This document shows, in pieces, positions 56,492-64,000 of a stretch of DNA of 64,000 nucleotides. The notes beneath the pieces were generated by a model. It did no database searches. It was not told the DNA's origin and saw only the letters and a program-made list of their open reading frames with translations. The DNA is from a bacterium (GTDB taxonomy: Bacteria; Patescibacteriota; Saccharimonadia; Saccharimonadales; Saccharimonadaceae). The stretch spans positions 25,089 through 89,088 of the forward strand of contig JAUIII010000001.1 in the NCBI GenBank assembly GCA_030431855.1. Direction: 5' to 3'. Every line of letters begins with the position of its first letter. The stretch's first letter is position 1. A program made the translations under genes and the position numbers.

Positions 56492-56518
56492 GTATAGCGC
56501 GCCCAGAGTGCGCTATAC
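56492..56518 (+). terminator. Hairpin after the CHAP hydrolase gene
   Basis: 9-bp stem GTATAGCGC/GCGCTATAC with a 9-nt loop, followed by ttata. Confidence 0.45.
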
Positions 56519-56526
56519 TTATAGGA

Positions 56527-57714
56527 GTGAAAAAACGGGTAGAACTAACAAAACTAACATTTGCTGCAATTGTTGTCGTGGTGCTGGCACTTGGCTTTGT
56601 GGCGGGTACGCGCAGTCGTGATATCTACGCGCTGATGGGGCCGCTAGTAGGCGTGCGCATTAGCACCGATACGCTCGACCTATCTTCACTACAAGAGACG
56701 TACCAAACGCTTAAGGCGAATTACAACGGCAAGATTAACGACCAGAAGTTGATAGACGGCGCCAACCACGGCTTGGTAGACGCACTGGGTGACAAATATA
56801 CCGTGTTTATGAGTGCCAAAGAGGCAAAAGAGTTTTCCAATGAACTTACGGGCAATATTGGTGGCGGTATTGGCGCTGAAATAGGCGTGCGAAAAGGGCA
56901 ACCAACGATTATTCGTACGCTCGATGATAACCCAGCGCAGAAAGCTGGCGTGCACGCCGGCGACGTGATTATAGCGGTGAACGACGAATCGGTAGAAGGC
57001 AAAGACGCCGAGGCCGCAGTCAAGCTCATACGTGGTGAAATTGGCACAACAGTGAAGCTTACCGTGCGCCGCGGCTCAGCCGCAAAAACATTTTCTATTA
57101 CCAGAGATGAAATTACCAACCCGAGCGTGAAAAGTGAAATAAAAGATGGCATCGGTATTCTGACGCTGAATCGATTTGATAGCGAAACGGCGAGTCTGAC
57201 GCAGCAAGCGGCGCAATCGTTTGTGAATCAGCGAGTCAAAGGCGTGGTGCTTGATTTACGTGGCAATGGCGGTGGCTATTTAGAAGCGGCTCAAGCGGTT
57301 GCTGGGCTATGGCTACGCGACAAAGTAGTGGTAACGGTCAAGAGTATAGGGTCGTCACATGATTTGTATTCAGAAGGTGAACCAACCCTAAGGGGCCTGA
57401 AAACAGTCGTGTTGGTGAATGGCGGTAGCGCAAGCGCGAGCGAAATCGTGGCGGGTGCTTTGAAAGACTACAAGGTTGCGACACTGATTGGTGAAAAGAC
57501 TTATGGTAAGGGTACAGTGCAAGAATTATTCCCGCTAGCTAATGACGCTGAGCTAAAGGTAACCATAAAACGATGGTACACGCCAAATGGTAAAAACATT
57601 ACTGACGAGGGCATTGCGCCGAACAAAAAGGTCGGCCTGACGCAAAAGAATCTTGACGCTGATCGTGACCCTCAACTCGAGGCGGCACTCAAACAGCTGG
57701 GCGCTACGCGGTAA
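56527..57714 (+). CDS. ctpA: S41-family C-terminal processing peptidase with a PDZ domain
   Basis: TM anchor, PDZ (GDVIIAVNDESVEG) and catalytic region GGSASASEIVAGALKD...GEKTYGKGTVQ. GTG start. Confidence 0.85.
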   Translation: MKKRVELTKLTFAAIVVVVLALGFVAGTRSRDIYALMGPLVGVRISTDTLDLSSLQETYQTLKANYNGKINDQKLIDGANHGLVDALGDKYTVFMSAKEAKEFSNELTGNIGGGIGAEIGVRKGQPTIIRTLDDNPAQKAGVHAGDVIIAVNDESVEGKDAEAAVKLIRGEIGTTVKLTVRRGSAAKTFSITRDEITNPSVKSEIKDGIGILTLNRFDSETASLTQQAAQSFVNQRVKGVVLDLRGNGGGYLEAAQAVAGLWLRDKVVVTVKSIGSSHDLYSEGEPTLRGLKTVVLVNGGSASASEIVAGALKDYKVATLIGEKTYGKGTVQELFPLANDAELKVTIKRWYTPNGKNITDEGIAPNKKVGLTQKNLDADRDPQLEAALKQLGATR

Positions 57715-57754
57715 CGGTTGTGCTTTAGAAACATTCGGGGTAGTATTAATACAT

Positions 57755-58156
57755 ATGAACGACAAAAAACGTATTCTTTTGGTAGAGGATGACACCGCCC
57801 TCTCTGGCGTGTATAGGTCACGTCTCGAGCTTGAAGGCTTCGATGTACAAGAAGTAAGCAACGGTGAAGACGCGCTATCGGCTGCGCTAGAGTTTAAGCC
57901 TGATTTGGTGCTACTTGATGCCATGATGCCGAAAATTAGCGGCTTTGATGTGCTAGATATTTTACGAAATACCCCTGAAACTGGCAACATAAAAGTGGTC
58001 ATGCTGACAGCTCTTAGCCAGCCAAAAGACAAAGAACGCGCCGAAGACCTTGGTGTTGATGATTATCTGGTGAAATCACAGGTAGTGATAGGCGATGTCG
58101 TGCAACGCGTGAAGCATCATCTTGGCATGGCTGAAGAGCCATCTCCGTCAGAATAG
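57755..58156 (+). CDS. Stand-alone response-regulator receiver domain protein (CheY-like)
   Basis: RILLVEDD, phospho-acceptor LVLLDAMMP, and conserved T (MLTA) and K positions. There is no output domain. Confidence 0.85.
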   Translation: MNDKKRILLVEDDTALSGVYRSRLELEGFDVQEVSNGEDALSAALEFKPDLVLLDAMMPKISGFDVLDILRNTPETGNIKVVMLTALSQPKDKERAEDLGVDDYLVKSQVVIGDVVQRVKHHLGMAEEPSPSE

Positions 58157-58166
58157 CATAAGCATA

Positions 58167-58195
58167 TTGACAAAATAGCAATTTTTTGCTATTAT
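58167..58195 (+). promoter_or_regulatory. Near-consensus sigma70 promoter (TTGACA-17 nt-TATTAT, TG-extended)
   Basis: TTGACA at 58167..58172, TG at 58187..58188 and TATTAT at 58190..58195. The ATG at 58202 lies 6 nt downstream with no SD. Confidence 0.65.
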
Positions 58196-58201
58196 TAAAT
58201 T

Positions 58202-58855
58202 ATGGACCACGATCCAACACAAACACTGAAAAAACCAGAAAAGATCGTCACACGAGACAATATTGATAAAATTTTCCCGCCGTGCCGATTTTGGGTGAAG
58301 CGCAATGCTGACGAAAAAAGCGGTTTGCCAGAGAGATTTGAAAGTGGCTGGTCAATTAATGCAATCCACACGAACCCTGAAGGACAGGTTACAAAAGTAG
58401 ACATAGTTAATGGCAAAAAAATAAAACCAAGTGTATCAATATCTGAGTTGCTTGCATGGCAAGATGATGGCTCAGACGCTGACACAACCCCACGCTCTGA
58501 GGTTGTACGTGAGTTAGGGGGCGCTGTACTTGGCAACCCAGCCCAGCCGTTAGTCGAGGCTGGCTTTGAACAAGACAGAAAAACCGACGTCCGAGAGTTG
58601 CTTCGCATCATAGAGCAGTTGTCTGCTGGCACCTATGATCCTAGTGTTATGAGTGGCCATCTACTGCGTCAGCTTGATTTATTACAGCAGGGCGAAACAG
58701 ATACCGAGCGCCTCCGTTCTATCGGAGCTATTCGTACGATTGTAGACGAAATGAGCTACCACGATACGCCAGTAGTGACTTCTAGCAAGGTAAGAAAAAT
58801 ATCTGCTGAGGCAGGCTACTTAAGACTGCTTTACGGTGATGGGACTGGTGCGTAG
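58202..58855 (+). CDS. Hypothetical soluble protein (217 aa)
   Basis: Uninterrupted ORF behind a near-consensus promoter and ahead of a strong terminator. No recognised motif. Confidence 0.6.
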   Translation: MDHDPTQTLKKPEKIVTRDNIDKIFPPCRFWVKRNADEKSGLPERFESGWSINAIHTNPEGQVTKVDIVNGKKIKPSVSISELLAWQDDGSDADTTPRSEVVRELGGAVLGNPAQPLVEAGFEQDRKTDVRELLRIIEQLSAGTYDPSVMSGHLLRQLDLLQQGETDTERLRSIGAIRTIVDEMSYHDTPVVTSSKVRKISAEAGYLRLLYGDGTGA

Positions 58856-58900
58856 TGAGCGGCGAATTCCAAAGCTTGCCCCGACAACACGCAAGAATAA

Positions 58901-58924
58901 AAAACGGCCCATGAGGGCCGTTTT
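58901..58924. terminator. Bidirectional intrinsic terminator between convergent genes
   Basis: AAAACGGCCC / GGGCCGTTTT stem with a 4-nt loop. A-run and T-run flank it. Confidence 0.75.
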
Positions 58925-58938
58925 AGTTGCGGTAAGTC

Positions 58939-59211
58939 TTATTCCACTACTACTTGGGTGCGACGAGCAGTTTTGCCGGTAAAGCGGCCTTTTTTCACTT
59001 GCTTGAACGCTACGATACCGCTTTTTGCGGCGTGGATAGTGAAATTGCGGCTCATGAAGGTGCCTGGGCCAGCAATCTTGGTGCTGCCAGTTTGACGCAC
59101 GAGCACTTCGCCTTCAGAGACCGTTTGGCCACCAAAACGCTTTACGCCAAGGCGTTGACCTGCGTTATTGTGGACGTTTTTCGATGAACCGCCAGCTTTG
59201 ACGTGTGACAT
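58939..59211 (-). CDS. rpmA: 50S ribosomal protein L27
   Basis: MSHVKAGGSSKNVHNNAGQRLGVKRFGGQ is the L27 signature. Confidence 0.95.
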   Translation of the reverse strand: MSHVKAGGSSKNVHNNAGQRLGVKRFGGQTVSEGEVLVRQTGSTKIAGPGTFMSRNFTIHAAKSGIVAFKQVKKGRFTGKTARRTQVVVE

Positions 59212-59302
59212 AGGGTACTCCTTAAAGTTTATAAAACAATCTAGTAAATTGTACTAAACTTTTGGGCTTTTTGCAAGGGGTAGCGTATAATTATGGGTAG
59301 AT

Positions 59303-60214
59303 ATGCGCATGCAAGAAAGATGGGGGAAGACGCCGATAATCATTGTCGGTAGTGTGGTAGCGACATTGCTGCTGGTTGGCGCTGGAGCCGGTGGCTATTG
59401 GTATTGGCAGGCGCAGCAGGCAGACGAAGAGGCATCTGTATCACGCGGCGGCCCGACCGTTATTCCTCTAGCAGGCACTGAGCAAACTGACACAGAGACT
59501 GAGATAAAAGATGAAAAATCAGCCGCAAACACGCTGGTTAGCCTAGTAAAGCCACAACTGTTAGGCAAAGAGAAGCAGCCGAGTGTGAGTGGGCCGTTCG
59601 GTAAAGTCGGCGAAAACAACTTTTTTGTACGCAATGACACTTACTATGGAGCGGCAGTGGAAGGAACTAGTGAACAAGCCGCACAAACATTGGCGCTCAT
59701 CAAGAAGCAGCTAATGTTGGATAAGTACAAAGAAACTATTCGGCAAAAAGGGAGCACTACGCAGTCGTACGAAGCGCTGTTTGTGAACGATACAGTACTT
59801 TGCTTGGTATACGACATCAAGCCTACGCGTAACGACGGCAAGACAGAGGTAGGTATGTTATGTGCTGATGCTGAGCAATTCAAGGAAACGGCAAATATTT
59901 ACGAACCGTACGTCACTGCCTACAAAGATGCATCAAAGCTTGACGTGGCAAATAGGGGTTTTTACGACCTAAAAACCGCAGAGAGTCCTGTGCCCGGCTA
60001 CCGACGCGCTAGCTTGCGTATTACCGGTGAAAACCAAGACACGCAGAGCGGATATTTGGGTGTATTCTACCAAACCCCCGATGGTGTTTGGAAGTACTTT
60101 ACAAGCTCTCAAGGCATGGTGGCCTGTAGTAAATATCAAGGCACAGAGCTGCAAAATGCGTTTAAAGACGAGCCATGTGAGAAGGCGGGTGAAGTTTCGA
60201 AAGTCGGCTCATAA
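59303..60214 (+). CDS. Hypothetical membrane-anchored exported protein, paralogue A
   Basis: N-terminal TM helix. The C-terminal domain shares blocks and 4 Cys positions with the next gene (GVFYQTPDGVWKYF versus GLFYQVPDGEWQYF). Confidence 0.6.
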   Translation: MRMQERWGKTPIIIVGSVVATLLLVGAGAGGYWYWQAQQADEEASVSRGGPTVIPLAGTEQTDTETEIKDEKSAANTLVSLVKPQLLGKEKQPSVSGPFGKVGENNFFVRNDTYYGAAVEGTSEQAAQTLALIKKQLMLDKYKETIRQKGSTTQSYEALFVNDTVLCLVYDIKPTRNDGKTEVGMLCADAEQFKETANIYEPYVTAYKDASKLDVANRGFYDLKTAESPVPGYRRASLRITGENQDTQSGYLGVFYQTPDGVWKYFTSSQGMVACSKYQGTELQNAFKDEPCEKAGEVSKVGS

Positions 60215-60274
60215 ATACTGCTATTGTTTATTTTCAGCCGACGACGCATAATAAGCCTGAAATAGGAGTATCGC

Positions 60275-61261
60275 ATGGAAGACAAGAAAGATATGCAGCC
60301 TCGTGATGAGGAAATGCCAGGCACTGAACAGATTGATGAATCTGAACAAATGCCAAAACAGGTAACCGAGAGCACGCCTATGTCTCTAGAAAAGCCACCG
60401 AAAGCGCGCAAGCCATTCAAGGCATTAATGGCCGTTGGTGCTTTGCTGTTAGTTGCGCTTGCGGGACTTGTGTATTATTTCTTTTTTATGCCAACAAAAG
60501 CTCCAGCTGCTACTAACAGTGGTGCAAAGCCAGCTACCAAGCAGGAGGTCTTGACCGCAGCGGGGCAGGTGATAGCAGACATGAAAACTAAGCTTGAGGG
60601 TACGGTGAAAGATACCGATACAAGTGGACCAGCATTTCAGCCTAGTGGTTACGAATTTTGGGTCCAACCTTCGACGTATTATGGTGTTATTGCAACCAGT
60701 TCGACAGATGTACTGGTAAAAAACCTCGATATGGTAGACACATACTTTACAGACAAAGACTATAATGTCGCACAGGCAGACCCTCAGGCTGATTTTCCGC
60801 TAAACAAAGAAATTACGTATGATAGCAAAGAAGTGGTGTGCGGTATCACGAGTTATGACCCACCACAAGGCGATGCGAGTGATCCGTGGATGAATGTTGT
60901 ATGTGAGGACATGAGTGACATTCTTGCTACGGCGAAAGAGGCTGAGCCGTTTGCTGTGGTGTACGCAGCGTCAACGAATGAGCCACTAGCGGACACATCA
61001 TTTAGCCAAGTGGTGATTGATGAAAGCCCCGTTGAGGGGTACAGGAACGCGACAGTGGCTATAAGCCAATCGGGATTTGGTAGGGTGGGCGGCTTTGCCG
61101 GGTTGTTCTATCAAGTGCCAGATGGTGAATGGCAATATTTTAAAGGCACGCAAGAAACTGTCGACTGCAAGGAATATAATACAGATGATTTGAAAAAGGC
61201 ATTTGCGAGCCAAAATTGCTACGACTCTGAAAGCAATACGTCGAGCGCTATAGAGCCTTAA
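60275..61261 (+). CDS. Hypothetical membrane-anchored exported protein, paralogue B
   Basis: Acidic N-terminal tail, a TM helix, and a domain alignable to 59303..60214. AGGAG SD present. Confidence 0.6.
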   Translation: MEDKKDMQPRDEEMPGTEQIDESEQMPKQVTESTPMSLEKPPKARKPFKALMAVGALLLVALAGLVYYFFFMPTKAPAATNSGAKPATKQEVLTAAGQVIADMKTKLEGTVKDTDTSGPAFQPSGYEFWVQPSTYYGVIATSSTDVLVKNLDMVDTYFTDKDYNVAQADPQADFPLNKEITYDSKEVVCGITSYDPPQGDASDPWMNVVCEDMSDILATAKEAEPFAVVYAASTNEPLADTSFSQVVIDESPVEGYRNATVAISQSGFGRVGGFAGLFYQVPDGEWQYFKGTQETVDCKEYNTDDLKKAFASQNCYDSESNTSSAIEP

Positions 61262-61320
61262 TCGTCTTTGTATCTGCGTTTGGAACAGGTAACTAACTAA
61301 AAAAGAAGCCAAAAAAGAGT

Positions 61321-61352
61321 CGAGCCCCGCGCCACACGGGGAGCGGGGCTCG
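61321..61352 (-). terminator. GC-rich intrinsic terminator of the second high-GC cassette
   Basis: 10-bp stem CGAGCCCCGC/GCGGGGCTCG with a 12-nt loop, followed on the minus strand by ACTCTTTTTT. Confidence 0.65.
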
Positions 61353-61369
61353 ACCGGTGGGGTACGGGG

Positions 61370-61720
61370 CTAGAGAGCGGGCGAGAGGATGACCGTGAAG
61401 TCGAGTCCGAGCCTCACGCCCGTGTAGGTGATGATGACACCCTTCAGGTCGCGCAGGTGCTTGTCCAGCGTCTTCGCCACGAACTCAAGAGCGCTGTGGG
61501 TGTCGTCGCGGCCGAGGATCTTCTGGAGGACCTCGGTCTCGTGGGCGTCCGTGACCACGAAGCGCTCGTTGGCCTCCAGATGGATCAGCCAGGGCTCACC
61601 GAGGTTCTCCCTCGACGCACCGTAGCGGGCGAGAGCGGCGTAGTAGCAGGCAAATACGTAGTGCTTGGCTGCCTCGAACCTCTCGTCGCTCGCAGCGTCG
61701 GCGAAACTGTACTCTGACAT
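61370..61720 (-). CDS. Hypothetical 116-aa soluble protein with very high GC3 codon usage
   Basis: AAGGAG lies 7 nt upstream of the ATG. By my hand count, about 100 of 117 codons end in G/C. No recognised motif. Confidence 0.6.
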   Translation of the reverse strand: MSEYSFADAASDERFEAAKHYVFACYYAALARYGASRENLGEPWLIHLEANERFVVTDAHETEVLQKILGRDDTHSALEFVAKTLDKHLRDLKGVIITYTGVRLGLDFTVILSPAL

Positions 61721-61740
61721 GTGTCATCTCCTTGGAAGGT

Positions 61741-61763
61741 TCGTCGGCTCTTCTAGCCGACGA
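61741..61763 (-). other. GC-rich hairpin at the 5' edge of the second high-GC cassette
   Basis: 9-bp stem TCGTCGGCT/AGCCGACGA with a 5-nt loop. No U-run on either strand. Confidence 0.4.
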
Positions 61764-61836
61764 GAGTCGACAAAACAAAGCCTGATAAATATATTATATC
61801 AAAAATAGTAAGAAAAGTCAATACTTCACTTAATTC

Positions 61837-62991
61837 CTATACTTTTCTGAGCACCAACAGCTCGCGGGCCACTACCTGGTCTTCCCGGTAGTACAGCAAG
61901 TCGGTCGCCTTTGCATGACGAAGCAAGATTTGTTGATAGCCAAGCGTGCCTAGGCTATTTACCAGGGGTAAATGTGTCAGCCGACCAGATTTGTCACGCC
62001 AAGCGGGTACGGCTAAACAAAGCGGCGTACCGCTTTCTAGTTGTGGGCCGATATTTTGTAGAAACTTTGAAATGATTTCGTTACAATTACGCTGCACCTG
62101 CGCCAGTTTATCTGGTGATGGCGGAGCAGAGAATGGTTGGCCGAGATAAGTTTCGGCCACAACTGCGTCGATAGGCGGCTGCCATTTGGTTTCGATGGCG
62201 TCACCATGGTGGATTGTTACGTTGACATCTACGCCAAATTTGTCTGCCAGCCACTTCATATTTGCGGTAGAATAATCGACCATCTTTTCTGATAGGTCAG
62301 TGCCGTAGACATCGAAGCCAAGCAAGGCTGCTTCCTGCAGTACAACACCAGTGCCACAGAATGGGTCTAGTACTCTGCCTTTTGTAGCTCCTGACATGTT
62401 TATCATCATCAATGCCAGTTTCGGTGGTAGCATACCCACGAATGCATCGGTTTTTGGTCTGGCTTGGTCCCGTGCGGCGTATGCATCAATATTTTGCACA
62501 CCAGAAACTTGTCCAAGCAGCGTGGTAGATCCACTGCGCACAAAGACGAGCTCCATACCGAGCTCACTTGTCAGGCTGTTGTGGAGCGTCTGTGCGCTCG
62601 AGAGACTAGGCGAGGTGTTTGGCACAACCCTCACAGATCGCCCCGACTTTTTAATCGCCGTCTTCAAGCTTAGTGCATTTGCCTGTATCTTAGCGAGCGG
62701 CATGTCGAGCCCGTACAAGCTAACGCCAAGTTTGATTTTTCCCTCTGGCCGCATGGCAGCGTGCTTTGGCAGTTCGCGGCGGCAATAATCGAACACTTTT
62801 TGTGGGTTCGTTGTGTCGAGCTCGGTCAAAAGGGTGGCGACTTTTATGGTACCACCAAGTGTATCAATGTCGACTTCCGCATCTACTACCGCAAAGTCGC
62901 TGCCAACTAGCTGCAAGGCATCAGCACCATATTTCATTTCTAGCTCTGCAATACCAAGCTGTGGCTGCCGACCAAGTAAACATATATTCAT
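61837..62991 (-). CDS. Class I SAM-dependent methyltransferase (Trm11/RlmL-like, putative RNA methyltransferase)
   Basis: SAM motif I LDPFCGTGVVLQEAALLGFDVYGTDL, with an N-terminal non-catalytic domain. TATACT lies 7 nt upstream of the ATG. Confidence 0.65.
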   Translation of the reverse strand: MNICLLGRQPQLGIAELEMKYGADALQLVGSDFAVVDAEVDIDTLGGTIKVATLLTELDTTNPQKVFDYCRRELPKHAAMRPEGKIKLGVSLYGLDMPLAKIQANALSLKTAIKKSGRSVRVVPNTSPSLSSAQTLHNSLTSELGMELVFVRSGSTTLLGQVSGVQNIDAYAARDQARPKTDAFVGMLPPKLALMMINMSGATKGRVLDPFCGTGVVLQEAALLGFDVYGTDLSEKMVDYSTANMKWLADKFGVDVNVTIHHGDAIETKWQPPIDAVVAETYLGQPFSAPPSPDKLAQVQRNCNEIISKFLQNIGPQLESGTPLCLAVPAWRDKSGRLTHLPLVNSLGTLGYQQILLRHAKATDLLYYREDQVVARELLVLRKV

Positions 62992-63037
62992 CTGTTTTAG
63001 TATACCTGCTCGGGCACGCTATGTATAATAAGTGTAT

Positions 63038-64000
63038 ATGTCTGTACGCAAAACGCTGAGTGTGGTTACCGCTATTTTGCTGGTAATTATCATATTTCTA
63101 TCGAGGCACGAAATCGCTGCTGCGTGGCGGCTGTTAGGACAGGTCAATTTGTGGATATTGTTGCTGCTGATTCCAGTACAGATTTTTTCCTACTACAGCG
63201 CGGCGGAGATTGGCTTTTCGTATTTACGGGCTAAAAAATCTATTCAAGACATACCTCGCAGAACTCTCACGCGCCTGGCGCTTGAAATGAATTTCGTGAA
63301 TCACATACTGCCTAGCGCGGGGGTAAGCGGCATTTCGTATATGTCGTGGCGCTTGAGTGGGTTTGGCCTCAGTGCGGGCAAGGCAACCATGTCGCAGATT
63401 GTTCGCTTTGTGATGGGCTTTATCGCGTTTACAGTACTCTTGATTCCGTCGGTGTTTGCCATCACGGTAGATGGCTCGATTAACCGCTGGATTATTTTGG
63501 GAAGTAGTGGCTTTGTGAGTGCGATGATAGGCCTGACACTAGGCAGTATCTTCATTCTGAGTAGTAAAAAACGCATGCACGCCATGGCTTCATTCATGAC
63601 AAATACGGCAAATGCAATTATGCGGCGTGTATTCCCGCGCTCGAAAAAGCGGTTGAAGCAATCAAAACTGAATGAATTTTTCGATGATATGCACGATGAT
63701 TTCGTGATTCTACGCGCAGATAGGAAAATTCTTGTGCGGCCATTTTGGTGGGCAATAGCCTTTACTATTAGTGACATGATGCTGTTTTGGGTAACTTTCC
63801 TGGCGCTGGGGCACACGGTCAACATCGCGGCGATATTGGTGGCGTATGGTCTGGCTATTATCTTGGCCGTGGTGGCTTTTACGCCAGGCGGTGCCGGTGT
63901 GCTGGAAACAGTGATGGTAACGGTGCTAGCACTCGCTGGTATCGAGCCAAGCGTGGCGCTTGCAGGCGTGCTATTGACACGTGTGATTACGCTGCTGGGC
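63038..64000 (+). CDS. Flippase-like / lysylphosphatidylglycerol-synthase TM-region family membrane protein (UPF0104-like); the 3' end lies outside the window
   Basis: This ORF is not in the track because it has no stop in the window. My own translation from the ATG at 63038 gives 321 uninterrupted codons (MSVRKTLSVVTAILLVIIIFLSRHEIAAAW...FTPGGAGVLETVMV) with many TM helices. TGTATAAT lies 8 nt upstream. Confidence 0.7.
   Translation, partial: MSVRKTLSVVTAILLVIIIFLSRHEIAAAWRLLGQVNLWILLLLIPVQIFSYYSAAEIGFSYLRAKKSIQDIPRRTLTRLALEMNFVNHILPSAGVSGISYMSWRLSGFGLSAGKATMSQIVRFVMGFIAFTVLLIPSVFAITVDGSINRWIILGSSGFVSAMIGLTLGSIFILSSKKRMHAMASFMTNTANAIMRRVFPRSKKRLKQSKLNEFFDDMHDDFVILRADRKILVRPFWWAIAFTISDMMLFWVTFLALGHTVNIAAILVAYGLAIILAVVAFTPGGAGVLETVMVTVLALAGIEPSVALAGVLLTRVITLLG

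Noticed and set aside
61428-61717. Plus-strand ORFs (65 and 86 aa) inside the second high-GC cassette
   Set aside because: The G/C third-position bias, the SD and the terminator all fit the minus-strand frame. High-GC DNA commonly gives open antisense frames.
63301-63825. 174-aa minus-strand ORF, the only track ORF in this region
   Set aside because: The plus strand carries a longer uninterrupted frame from the ATG at 63038 to the window end. That frame has many TM helices and a -10 box upstream, so the minus ORF is its antisense shadow.
1-64000. I looked for CRISPR arrays, tRNA/rRNA/tmRNA genes, transposases, integrases, and restriction or other defence genes
   Set aside because: I saw no spaced direct repeats and no cloverleaf-capable intergenic segment. 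Most gaps are under 110 nt and are explained by promoters or terminators. I recognised no nuclease, helicase or recombinase ORF other than recF. A covariance-model scan (tRNAscan-SE, Infernal) would be the decisive check.

Overview
This is a gene-dense chromosomal segment, mostly housekeeping, with about 67 CDS on both strands. Many stop/start overlaps indicate tightly packed operons. Translation genes: ileS, proS, lysS, serS, prfA, prmC, prfB, rpsB, tsf, frr, rplU, rpmA, rpmE, hpf. Division, envelope and secretion genes: parAB, ftsEX plus a coiled-coil CHAP hydrolase, an S41 protease, murD, uppS, rseP, an LCP protein, lepB, htrA, secA. Other genes include recF, greA, a class II photolyase and cydA. 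The genetic code is standard: TGA is used as a stop and RF2 is present. I saw no rRNA, tRNA, CRISPR array, transposase or integrase. The gene content looks like a small-genome monoderm bacterium: an eroded rpsB-tsf-frr-uppS cluster, LCP and CHAP cell-wall genes, no outer-membrane genes and many orphan membrane proteins. It is compatible with a Patescibacteria/Saccharibacteria-like genome, but that is inference only. I found no obvious defence, secretion or mobile system. The observations worth a second look are listed below. (1) Two short, self-contained, high-GC single-gene cassettes sit in mid-GC DNA (25311..25620 and 61318..61766). (2) A T-box-like element with a perfect UGGUACC bulge lies upstream of an 86-codon ORF that is translationally coupled to ileS. 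(3) murD is translationally coupled to a PP-loop ATPase, possibly the MurD2/MurL glutamate-racemase bypass. (4) cydA is paired with a half-size non-CydB partner. (5) TGnTAnAAT-type -10 boxes lie only 6-11 nt upstream of many start codons, suggesting leaderless mRNAs. (6) Tandem Cys-conserving membrane-anchored paralogues. (7) An exported bactofilin-like beta-helix protein is coupled to a MacB-type ABC transporter. One CDS at the right edge (63038..64000, + strand) is missing from the ORF track because it has no stop codon in the window.
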